This document shows, in pieces, positions 29,870-38,752 of a DNA stretch of 46,222 bases (its first letter is position 1; each line of letters opens with the position of its first letter). The notes under the pieces are model-generated. The model saw only the letters and a list, made by a program, of their open reading frames with translations, ran no database searches and was not told the origin of the DNA. The DNA lies in the NCBI GenBank assembly GCA_017856605.1, contig JAFMES010000001.1, positions 1 through 46,222 on the forward strand, read 5' to 3'. The stretch comes from Chitinophagaceae bacterium. Lineage in GTDB: Bacteria > Bacteroidota > Bacteroidia > Chitinophagales > Chitinophagaceae. A program made the translations under genes and the position numbers.

Positions 29870-30573
29870 AGTATAGCGGATAGGTCCCACAAACTATTCA
29901 ACACATAGGTTGGAACAGTTTTACCATCGTGTGGAACTGCTGTATTGAAATAGGCAGTATCCATTCCAATTTGTTGCGCTCCTAAAATATCAACATCTAA
30001 GGTGTCGCCAATCATGATGGAGCGATCAGCAGTGGTAGCTGCTTTTCCCATTGCGTATTCAAAAATTGCCGCATGCGGTTTCATGATGCCAGCTTGTTCG
30101 GAGGTGATGACCGATTGGAAATAGGAAGCAATTCCGCTGTTCTTTAGTTTTTGGTGTTGGGTCACTTCAAAGCCGTTGGTGATGAGGTGCATTGGATACC
30201 CTTTTGAGGTGAGGTAATCCAGGATCTCGCGACAATGAGGAAAGAGGTTGGGTTTGGTTGGAAGAATTTCCAGATAGCGTTCACTCATGTGTTTAGCCAA
30301 TGCCTCATCGGTGATTTTGTAATCCACCAAGGTCCTCCACATTCTCTTCCACCTTAGTTCATCCCGGTTGATGAATCCTTTTCGGAAACGATCCCAGTAG
30401 ATGGTGTTGTGGTGATGATAGGTTTGGTGGAAATGATCAAAATCATCCGTAGCAATGCGATGCAGTTCCAGTTCCTGATAGAGGTCCTTTAACGTGGCAG
30501 TAGAGTTCGTATCGAAGTCCCACAACGTATGATCAAGGTCAAAGAATAAATGGTCGTATTTCCTGGAATTCAT
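29866..30573 (-). CDS. YjjG-family HAD nucleotidase
   Basis: FDLDHTL, ITNG, KP, IGD...DILGA. Confidence 0.9.
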   Translation of the reverse strand: MNSRKYDHLFFDLDHTLWDFDTNSTATLKDLYQELELHRIATDDFDHFHQTYHHHNTIYWDRFRKGFINRDELRWKRMWRTLVDYKITDEALAKHMSERYLEILPTKPNLFPHCREILDYLTSKGYPMHLITNGFEVTQHQKLKNSGIASYFQSVITSEQAGIMKPHAAIFEYAMGKAATTADRSIMIGDTLDVDILGAQQIGMDTAYFNTAVPHDGKTVPTYVLNSLWDLSAIL

Positions 30574-30626
30574 GAAATGCAAAGCTAAGCAAGTGAGGAT
30601 TGTTACCTTTGGTTAAATTTCCCCAT

Positions 30627-31325
30627 ATGAACGTTGTGATCACCGGAGCATCTCAGGGAATGGGCAGAGCAATGGCAGAAGCCTTTGCTAAAGAGGGACA
30701 TGATCTCTTCCTGTGTGCCCGAAACATGGATAAAACTGCCGCTTGGCAACATTCCCTAATGAAAGAACAAGGTATTTCCATTACCAGTTTCAATGCGGAT
30801 CTTTCCAAGAAAGAGGGAGTGGATTCATTTGCGCACCAGCTGCTCAGCGCCACATCACGTATTGATGTATTGATCAATAATGCCGGAACCTATGAACCAG
30901 GATCAACCTATAATGAACCGGAAGGTGCCTTAGACCGGATGTTGTCCATAAATCTCCATGCGGCCTATCACTTAACTCGTGCACTGGTTGGAAAAATGAT
31001 CGAACAGAAAGAAGGTCACATCTTCAACATGTGTTCCATTGCAGCACTCAAAGCGTACGCCAATGGCGGTGCCTATAGCATCAGCAAATGGGCCATGGAA
31101 GGTTTCAGTCAAAATCTTAGGGAAGAGATGAAAGCCTTTAATATAAAAGTCACCACCATACATCCGGGAGCCACTTATACTGCATCATGGGAAGGATCTG
31201 GAGTGAATCCAGGGCGACTAATGGAGGCAAACGATATCGCTCAAATGGTTGTTGCAGCCAGCAAACTTTCCCCCCAGGCCTGTGTTGAGCAAATTATTAT
31301 CCGTCCCCAACTCGGAGATCTCTAG
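30627..31325 (+). CDS. Short-chain dehydrogenase/reductase
   Basis: TGASQGMG, NNAG, YSISK. Confidence 0.92.
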   Translation: MNVVITGASQGMGRAMAEAFAKEGHDLFLCARNMDKTAAWQHSLMKEQGISITSFNADLSKKEGVDSFAHQLLSATSRIDVLINNAGTYEPGSTYNEPEGALDRMLSINLHAAYHLTRALVGKMIEQKEGHIFNMCSIAALKAYANGGAYSISKWAMEGFSQNLREEMKAFNIKVTTIHPGATYTASWEGSGVNPGRLMEANDIAQMVVAASKLSPQACVEQIIIRPQLGDL

Positions 31326-31335
31326 CTCAGTGCTA

Positions 31336-32043
31336 TTAGATGTCGGAGAACTTATACCCTACACCCCGAACAGAATGAAAATGCTTGGGCTCACGGGGAT
31401 CCTGTTCAAAGTATTTTCTAAAACTGAGAATGAAATTATCAATGGTACGTGTAGTAGGGAATACCTGGTAGCCCCAGACAGCTTGTAAAATCTTTTCTCG
31501 GGAGACCACCTCATTGCGAAACTCAATCATGAGCTTGAGCAACATGATTTCTTTTTTACTAAGGCTGATCAGCTCTCCTTTATGATTGGTGGCATTTTGT
31601 GCTTTAAAATCAATGGTATTGCCTCCAAAACTATAGGATTCACCAACCGTAGTGTGCTCTTGTATTTTTCTATTTTTATCAATGAGTTTCTCAATGCGTA
31701 GCAACAACTCTTCCAAATTGAAAGGTTTGGTCAAGTAATCATCAGCACCCCGTTTGAGGCCCGTCACTCGGTCGTCTGACCCCGAACGTGCACTGAGCAT
31801 GAGAATAGGAGAATCGATATTCTTCAGTCGTATACCCTGGCAAACATCAAAGCCATCTACTTCCGGAAGCATGACATCCAGAATGATGAGATCAAAATAT
31901 TCAGCTTCTACCCGCTTGAGAGCAAGTGCACCATTCTCAGCACAGGTAACAGCATAGCCTTCCAATTCGAGGTTCAATTTGAGGGCCTCTCGAAGATTTT
32001 CCTCATCTTCTACAACCAGGATATTGGCTTTGGATGAATTCAT
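31336..32043 (-). CDS. OmpR-family response regulator
   Basis: VVEDE, LDVMLP, KPF, winged helix ending SVRGVGY. Confidence 0.95.
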   Translation of the reverse strand: MNSSKANILVVEDEENLREALKLNLELEGYAVTCAENGALALKRVEAEYFDLIILDVMLPEVDGFDVCQGIRLKNIDSPILMLSARSGSDDRVTGLKRGADDYLTKPFNLEELLLRIEKLIDKNRKIQEHTTVGESYSFGGNTIDFKAQNATNHKGELISLSKKEIMLLKLMIEFRNEVVSREKILQAVWGYQVFPTTRTIDNFILSFRKYFEQDPREPKHFHSVRGVGYKFSDI

Positions 32044-33026
32044 TCAGCAGATTGTTTGGGTAATACAATATTAAAAATACACCCATTTGGCTGATTGTCC
32101 TCAACCGATAACCTGCCTTTGTGGTTTTGTACAATACGTGAACTCAGATAGAGTCCCAATCCCGTCCCTTTCGTTTTGCGTATCCGCTCATCTTCCAGTC
32201 GATAAAATTTTTCAAAGACTTTCAATTTTAATGGATCGGGAATACCGGGACCCTGATCGGCTACCTGAATGAGCAAAGCGTGGGACTGATCCTTCAATGA
32301 AACTACGATTGGTGCATTAGCAGGAGTATACTTGATTGCATTTTCAATCAGATTATTAAACACGAGGCGAAGCACAAGTTCTTCTCCAAAAAATCCTATC
32401 CCCGAGGGAATATCAGACTGAATGGTGCGATCGGGATAGCGTTTTGAAAATGAGGCCACCGAAGCAGTTAATGCTCTGGAGCAGTCAAACTCCATTTTGG
32501 TGGATTGATATCCCCCTGCATCCATTTGTGAACTCAGGAGGATGTTATTACAGAGCATATCCAACCGCTCCGCTTCATTCAATGCATCGGTTAGCAGTTT
32601 GTCTTGCTTCTCCTGGGGAAGTTGGTGGCGTTGTAAGGTTTCAAGATTGAGCTTGGTTACTGCGATGGGTGTTTTGAGTTCATGAGTAACGGCTAACATG
32701 AAATTTTTCTGCTGCAAGTGATAGCGAATCTGACGGCGAACAGCACCATAAACAAAAATGGCACCCAAGATGGTAAAGATCAAAAAGGTCAGCCCCTCGC
32801 CAATGAATTGCTTTGCATTTCGATCATGTTCATCGATCACTTTTTCCAGGGTAATAGTACCGGCATTCCCCCTTGCGATCTGTTCCTGTTGAAAAGCCAG
32901 CATTTGATCATTTTGGTGATCCAGTTCAATGTACCACCAACCCAATGCGGCAACCAGATAGATCAACAACAACCAGTATACGTAGTTGATCAACCTCAAT
33001 GGTATTCGGTCAAAAATGCCCTTCAT
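32040..33026 (-). CDS. Sensor histidine kinase (2 TM)
   Basis: THELKTP, NLIENAIKY, DQGPGI, GTGLGL. Confidence 0.95.
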   Translation of the reverse strand: MKGIFDRIPLRLINYVYWLLLIYLVAALGWWYIELDHQNDQMLAFQQEQIARGNAGTITLEKVIDEHDRNAKQFIGEGLTFLIFTILGAIFVYGAVRRQIRYHLQQKNFMLAVTHELKTPIAVTKLNLETLQRHQLPQEKQDKLLTDALNEAERLDMLCNNILLSSQMDAGGYQSTKMEFDCSRALTASVASFSKRYPDRTIQSDIPSGIGFFGEELVLRLVFNNLIENAIKYTPANAPIVVSLKDQSHALLIQVADQGPGIPDPLKLKVFEKFYRLEDERIRKTKGTGLGLYLSSRIVQNHKGRLSVEDNQPNGCIFNIVLPKQSAE

Positions 33027-33027
33027 C

Positions 33028-33495
33028 TTATTTGACTTTTTCAATCCTCAATCCCATATTCACCACGCCTTCCAATGGCTCAACCCGCATGTCGTGCGAG
33101 ATCCGAATGGTATATTCACCCGGTTTACTGAATTTGACTGCATCGCGATAGAGCAATACCCGATGATCAAAGAGATCATCCATGCCGGTACCCAACCACT
33201 TGTCATCTGTTGCCAATCGCACTTCAAATCGCTCCGAACGTTCAACGGTTTCACCAGGAAGTCGACTCTTTATCTTGATCCATATATTACTAAAGGGATA
33301 GGCATCGGTATGACGCAGTATAAAATAAATACGATAACTGGCAGACGTATCGCTGATGGTAAAATTTAAAGTTGGCTCAAGGGAACGCGACCAAGTTGCA
33401 GAGGGAGTAAAGACAACTTTTTCATAAAGACCAGTGTCTTCACAAGCAGAAAGAAAAATCCACAAAGGAAAAATCAAATATCGCAACTGGCGCAT
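33028..33495 (-). CDS. gldH: Gliding motility lipoprotein GldH
   Basis: Lipobox FLSAC, LRH...YPFSNIW, KWLGTG, HDMR; start ATG 33495. Confidence 0.88.
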   Translation of the reverse strand: MRQLRYLIFPLWIFLSACEDTGLYEKVVFTPSATWSRSLEPTLNFTISDTSASYRIYFILRHTDAYPFSNIWIKIKSRLPGETVERSERFEVRLATDDKWLGTGMDDLFDHRVLLYRDAVKFSKPGEYTIRISHDMRVEPLEGVVNMGLRIEKVK

Positions 33496-33532
33496 GCAGC
33501 AAAGGTATGGATCCTTGTTCAATGGCTTCGCA

Positions 33533-34408
33533 TCAGAGCACATTGAGCACCTGCTCTTTAGCTTTTTCCAGCTCATCTTTCATCTCAACAACCGACTTTT
33601 GAATTTCTGCATCGTAGGCCTTTGAGCCCATGGTGTTGATTTCTCTGCCGACTTCCTGCAATAAAAAAGAAAGCTTGCGACCCTTGGCGATTTCGCCTTC
33701 CTGCATCAGCTTTTTAAAATAGCTGCAATGATTTGATAGCCTTACTTGCTCTTCCGTGAGATCGATTTTTTCCAGATAATAAATCAATTCTTGCTCAAAT
33801 CGATTGGTATCCACCTGATCCTTCCCAACCTGATCCTCCAACAACCGATTCAACTGCTCCCGTATTTTAACCTGGCGCTTGGGAGCCAATTCGCCAATTT
33901 TGTTTTGTAGGCTTATAATATTATCAATACGCAGAACCAGTTCCTTGCCCAGAACACGGCCCTCATCTTCCCTATGCAAGTTCAACATGGCGATTGCCTG
34001 CTGAAGGGTTTCTTTGCATGCAGCCCACTCCTGCTCATCAACGATGTCCGTTGTATTGGATACCACCTCGGGCAATCGCAGAATGGAGGCAAGTAATTGA
34101 CCCGTATCTGCACCCATAGTTCCCGCCAACTCGCTCAATTGACGGTAATAGGATGCGGCCAACTCCGTATTGATTGTTGATGGTTTGGAGGATCCATTTT
34201 GTTTGATGGTGATGGTGCACTCCACACTTCCGCGCAACAAACCTTCAGATAATTGAGAACGAATTTCAAACTCAAAGGGCTTGAGTGAAGGTGGAAGTTT
34301 CAATAACAATTCAAATTGCTTGCCATTGAGTGAACGAAGCTCTACAATGAATTCTTTATCATTCACTGCACGTTCCGCTCTTCCAAATCCGGTCATCGAA
34401 CGTATCAT
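33533..34408 (-). CDS. yicC: YicC/YloC-family endoribonuclease
   Basis: MIRSMTGFG, RG.VE, EE..RL..H, GRKL.F..QE..RE.NTMGSK, EKAKEQ. Confidence 0.93.
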   Translation of the reverse strand: MIRSMTGFGRAERAVNDKEFIVELRSLNGKQFELLLKLPPSLKPFEFEIRSQLSEGLLRGSVECTITIKQNGSSKPSTINTELAASYYRQLSELAGTMGADTGQLLASILRLPEVVSNTTDIVDEQEWAACKETLQQAIAMLNLHREDEGRVLGKELVLRIDNIISLQNKIGELAPKRQVKIREQLNRLLEDQVGKDQVDTNRFEQELIYYLEKIDLTEEQVRLSNHCSYFKKLMQEGEIAKGRKLSFLLQEVGREINTMGSKAYDAEIQKSVVEMKDELEKAKEQVLNVL

Positions 34409-34435
34409 GGTTCTGTGATTTTATTGTATAGATAC

Positions 34436-34468
34436 AAAAAAACAGCGTCCGGTTGAAACCGGACGCTG
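34436..34468 (-). terminator. Intrinsic terminator just upstream of yicC
   Basis: CAGCGTCCGGT/ACCGGACGCTG 11-bp stem followed by U7 on the minus strand. Confidence 0.85.
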
Positions 34469-34509
34469 ATATATAGATGGGTTAATAAGTACCGGGAATA
34501 AAATTCCCT
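34436..34509 (-). ncRNA. Candidate sRNA B / yicC leader (~74 nt), complementary to sRNA A
   Basis: -7-like TAATATTG (34520-34513); 5' hairpin GGGAAU/AUUCCC; unpaired GUACUUAUUAACCCAU; strong terminator. Confidence 0.6.
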
Positions 34510-34613
34510 ACACAATATTATAACTATATTTCATTAACAGAAAATTTTTTTTATACTATTTTATTCACACTTTGAGTTTTTATTGTGAATTACATTTGCC
34601 ACAAACGCCCATC

Positions 34614-35558
34614 ATGAAATTTACAACACCGGTATCAATTGAATGGATTGCATCGTTTATCGGCGCACGAATCATCGGAAAACAAGATGGAATGTGTTAT
34701 GGAATCAATGAGATCCATAAAGTAGAAACCGGTGATATCGCATTTGTAGATCATCCCAAGTACTATAAGAAGTGCATTGAATCCAATGCCTCATTCATCA
34801 TCATCGATCAACCCGCAGAATGCCCGCCCCACAAGGCTTTGCTGATTGTTGATCAACCATTCGAATCCTATAAAAAATTAGTGAATCACTTTCGCCCATT
34901 TCAACGCGCAACACAACTGATTGATGTCACTGCAGTAATTGGAAATGATTCATACATTGCTCCCAATGTGTTCATTGGCGAACATGTAACGATTGGAAAT
35001 CATTGCATCATCCATCCCAATGTAACCATACTTGGACACTGTGTAATTGGTGATCATGTAGTGATTCAGGCAGGGAGTTGCATTGGTTCCGATGCCTTTT
35101 ATTACAATACCAAGAAAAACAGGGAACATTGGTATCAAAAGATGCCCAGTTGTGGAAGAGTAGTAATTGGGGATCACGTTGAGATAGGTGCAGGTTGTAC
35201 CATCGATCGTGGAGTTACACATGATACCTCTATTGGAGCTGGTTCGAAATTGGATAACATGGTGCACATTGGTCACGATACAGTAATTGGAAAAAATTGT
35301 CTCATTGCAGCACAAGTTGGGATTGCTGGTGCGGTTACAATTGAAGATGGTGTGGTGTTGTGGGGACAAGTAGGTGTAAGTAAAACACTGACCATTGGAA
35401 AAGATGCAGTTGTTTTAGCACAATCAGGTGTTCCTTCAAGTTTAGCAGGAGGAAAAACATATTTTGGTTACCCAGCAGAAGAAGCAATTGCGAAAAAAAG
35501 GGAATTGGTATGGATCAAACGGATTCCTGAACTGTGGAAAGCCATCAAAGGCGATTAA
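34614..35558 (+). CDS. lpxD: LpxD-like UDP-3-O-acyl-glucosamine N-acyltransferase
   Basis: Hexapeptide repeats, TIDRG, KLDNMVHIGHD; -7 box TACATTTG at 34591. Confidence 0.8.
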   Translation: MKFTTPVSIEWIASFIGARIIGKQDGMCYGINEIHKVETGDIAFVDHPKYYKKCIESNASFIIIDQPAECPPHKALLIVDQPFESYKKLVNHFRPFQRATQLIDVTAVIGNDSYIAPNVFIGEHVTIGNHCIIHPNVTILGHCVIGDHVVIQAGSCIGSDAFYYNTKKNREHWYQKMPSCGRVVIGDHVEIGAGCTIDRGVTHDTSIGAGSKLDNMVHIGHDTVIGKNCLIAAQVGIAGAVTIEDGVVLWGQVGVSKTLTIGKDAVVLAQSGVPSSLAGGKTYFGYPAEEAIAKKRELVWIKRIPELWKAIKGD

Positions 35559-36528
35559 GATAGTAGTCGCAACTGGCTGCTATGGTTTCTTTCAACGGCT
35601 TAAAGGTGAATCCCGGTAGTGCATGGAGGATTTTAGCATTGTCAAAATAGACTTTCTGTTGCGCCGTTTCAGCGGTCTCTTTAGTGAGCAAGGGTTCTTC
35701 TCCGGTAAAACTGGATTTTAACCGCTCCCATCTCCAAACCAAGGCCGCCATCCAGGGGACGACTTTTCGATGAGGGGGTTTTTTACCAAAGCAGGTGGCC
35801 ATATCTTCAAAAACAGATCGATAGCTCCTATTTTCAGCCGAGAGAATAAAGCGTTCTCCGGAAATGGTACTATCCATGAGTTGGTGCATCGCAGAGGCAA
35901 CATCATCAGCATCCACAAAACCACTTATCCCTTCCGTATACCAAGGAAATTCCCGATAGGCATTCCTAAACATGGCAGAAGATCCGCTGTGCCAGTCAGC
36001 TTTCCCGAGAATAATGACCGGATTTACAATAGCCGCTTCCAGTCCTTCTGCAACTCCCCTCCATACTTCAAGTTCTGCACGGTACTTGGTCCATCCATAA
36101 AAAGAAGGATTGGACTTATCGTCCCATTTTACATTTTCAGACACCGTTTGGCCGTCTCGTTTCCTTCCGAGTGCTGCGACGGAGCTCACGTGTATCAATT
36201 TTTTTACTCCAGTTTGCAAAGCTGCATTTACAACATTGATTGTGCCTTCAACATTGATGCGCATCAAATCTCCGCGGCGCTTGGGATTAAACGATACCAA
36301 TCCCGCACAATGATATACCCGATCGCACTGCTGCATGACCTCTGACAAATGGTCCACATCCAGTATATCGCACTTGACCCAACGAATTGTGCTAGAGGCT
36401 GTTTCGGATTGTGAAGGAGGATTACTATTATATAAGGCAATGATGGGGATACCTGATGAAGCAAGTCGACTGATCAAAGCAGCTCCCAGCAGTCCTGATG
36501 CACCGGTAATGAGTGTGCTTTTCGTCAT
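35545..36528 (-). CDS. NAD-dependent epimerase/dehydratase
   Basis: TGASGLLG, HCAG, HVSSVAA, YGWTK. Confidence 0.9.
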   Translation of the reverse strand: MTKSTLITGASGLLGAALISRLASSGIPIIALYNSNPPSQSETASSTIRWVKCDILDVDHLSEVMQQCDRVYHCAGLVSFNPKRRGDLMRINVEGTINVVNAALQTGVKKLIHVSSVAALGRKRDGQTVSENVKWDDKSNPSFYGWTKYRAELEVWRGVAEGLEAAIVNPVIILGKADWHSGSSAMFRNAYREFPWYTEGISGFVDADDVASAMHQLMDSTISGERFILSAENRSYRSVFEDMATCFGKKPPHRKVVPWMAALVWRWERLKSSFTGEEPLLTKETAETAQQKVYFDNAKILHALPGFTFKPLKETIAASCDYYLNRL

Positions 36529-37557
36529 TTATGCTCCCGTGAACTGTTCCAGGAACCGAACATCGTTCTCGCTGAAGAGTCGGATGTCGGTGATTCCATA
36601 TTTAAGAAGTGCGGGTCGCTCTATTCCCATACCAAAGGCAAAGCCCGTATATGTTTCGGGATCGATTCCGCAGTTTTTAAGCACGTTGGGATGTACCATT
36701 CCACAGCCCAGAATTTCCAACCATCCCGTACGCTTACAAACAGCGCACCCTTCCCCTTTGCAAAGCATACAACTGATGTCCATTTCTGCACTGGGTTCGG
36801 TAAACGGGAAATAACTGGGACGGAATCGTACGTTTACATCATCCCCAAACATTTCTTTTACAAAAAAATAGAGCGTCTGTTTGAGGTCGGCAAACGACAC
36901 ATTGGTATCAATATACAATCCCTCTACTTGGTGAAAGAAACAGTGGGAGCGTGCGCTGATGGTTTCGTTTCGGTATACACGTCCGGGACATATGATGCGT
37001 ATTGGAGGTTGGGTACGCTCCATTTCCCTGATCTGCACATTAGAGGTATGGGTCCGTAATAATATGGCAGGGTCAGTGGATAAGTAAAACGTATCCTGCA
37101 TATCCCGGGCCGGATGATGTTCATCTAAGTTGAGAGCAGTAAAATTATGCCAGTCGTCTTCGATCTCGGGACCTTCGGCCACGGTGAAGGAAAGTCGCTG
37201 AAAGATCTCCACGATCCTGTTGCGCATGAGGGTAACAGGATGGCGACTTCCCGTCGAAAGCGGATGACCGGGTAGGGTGATGTCGATGTCGCGCTGCTCA
37301 GAAGAACTCCCCGAACTGAGTCGACTTTTCTCACTTTCAAATTTTTCTTCAGCAAGTAACTTGAATGAATTCATTACCTGTCCAAACGACTTCTTCTGGT
37401 CGACCGGCACTAGCTTCATCTCCCCCATCATGGATTTGATTATCCCTTTTACACCAAGAAACCGAATGCGGAATTGTTCCAGGGCTTCCGCATCTTGGGC
37501 GGTGAATTGCCGTATCTCATTTTGGCATGCTTCGATTTGCTTGAGCATCGCTTCCAT
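36529..37557 (-). CDS. pheS: Phenylalanine-tRNA ligase alpha subunit
   Basis: HPARDMQDTF, FHQVEG, RPSYFPFTEPS, GFAFGMGIER. Confidence 0.97.
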   Translation of the reverse strand: MEAMLKQIEACQNEIRQFTAQDAEALEQFRIRFLGVKGIIKSMMGEMKLVPVDQKKSFGQVMNSFKLLAEEKFESEKSRLSSGSSSEQRDIDITLPGHPLSTGSRHPVTLMRNRIVEIFQRLSFTVAEGPEIEDDWHNFTALNLDEHHPARDMQDTFYLSTDPAILLRTHTSNVQIREMERTQPPIRIICPGRVYRNETISARSHCFFHQVEGLYIDTNVSFADLKQTLYFFVKEMFGDDVNVRFRPSYFPFTEPSAEMDISCMLCKGEGCAVCKRTGWLEILGCGMVHPNVLKNCGIDPETYTGFAFGMGIERPALLKYGITDIRLFSENDVRFLEQFTGA

Positions 37558-37619
37558 GCCGCGAAGATAATGAATCAAAGTATCATCCATTTACAGTAGG
37601 TTTGCTGAAAGTTCAATGC

Positions 37620-38750
37620 ATGTCGTTCAATTCGTTGGCTGATTTTCTTGAACCCATCCATCTGGCTAGCATCTTAGGGGATGCTGAATTAAAAGAGGGA
37701 CAATTAGGGAAAAGCATAGTTCATTACAGTGATGACATTCCAGATTTATCTTCAGCCGATCTGATCATTGCCGGCTGCAACGACCTGCGCGGCAATGGAG
37801 ATATTTCCGGAAAAGAGGCAGGCGTAGATGCCATCCGAAAAGAGCTGTATTCACTTTACCAGTGGCACAAAGACGTTCGAATCGCCGATCTGGGAAATAT
37901 TCGCGTTGGAGCTACGGCTCAAGACACACTTGCAGCAATTCGGTCCATTGCCCGTGAATGCCTCGAACAAGGAAAGCGTTTTCTTTTGTTGGGCGGGTCG
38001 CATGATCTGACCATGGGATTGTATGACGCTTACCGCCAAAAAGAACAAATTATTGAAGCAGTTGGTGTTGACGCCTACATCGATTTATCAATTGACAATC
38101 CCGTGCGCTCCAGGAATTTCCTAATGGAAATGCTAACCGGAGATCCCAACTTCATTCGCCATTATAATCATATTGCTTTTCAAAGCTATTATGTTCATCC
38201 TACCATGCTGGAAACGATGGATCAGCTGCGGTTTGATTGCTGGCGCCTCGGAAAAGTAAAAGAAACTATTGAAGAGGTAGAGCCTGCTTTTCGCAGCAGC
38301 GATTTACTCACGTTTGATCTTTCCGCATTGGGTGCTCCTACGTTTTGGGAAGGGAGTAGTCCCAATGGACTTAACGGAGAAGAAGCCTGCTCCTTGATGC
38401 GGTATGCAGGGATGAGTGATAAAATGAAGACGCTTGGAATATTCGGATACGATCAATCCACTGATCCGAACCATACATTGGCCAAGCAAGTAGCACAAAT
38501 GATCTGGTACCTGATCGATGGCGTTCAATTTGGATCAACCGAATCGCCTCTCAATCATCGTGAAATGTTCCTGGAATGTCACATTGCATTTGGAGCAGTA
38601 GAAACCACGTTCATCAAAAGCGTTCGAACCGGCAGATGGTGGATGAAAATGCCGGACCAGAAATATGTTCCCTGCTCCTACAACGATTTTCAAATCGCAG
38701 GCAACAATGAAATTCCAGAACGATGGCTGCGCCTTCAGGAAAGAAGTTGA
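37620..38750 (+). CDS. Arginase/formimidoylglutamase-fold protein with degenerate metal motifs
   Basis: ADLGN, LGGSHDLT, DAYID, PNG. Confidence 0.8.
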   Translation: MSFNSLADFLEPIHLASILGDAELKEGQLGKSIVHYSDDIPDLSSADLIIAGCNDLRGNGDISGKEAGVDAIRKELYSLYQWHKDVRIADLGNIRVGATAQDTLAAIRSIARECLEQGKRFLLLGGSHDLTMGLYDAYRQKEQIIEAVGVDAYIDLSIDNPVRSRNFLMEMLTGDPNFIRHYNHIAFQSYYVHPTMLETMDQLRFDCWRLGKVKETIEEVEPAFRSSDLLTFDLSALGAPTFWEGSSPNGLNGEEACSLMRYAGMSDKMKTLGIFGYDQSTDPNHTLAKQVAQMIWYLIDGVQFGSTESPLNHREMFLECHIAFGAVETTFIKSVRTGRWWMKMPDQKYVPCSYNDFQIAGNNEIPERWLRLQERS

Positions 38751-38752
38751 AT

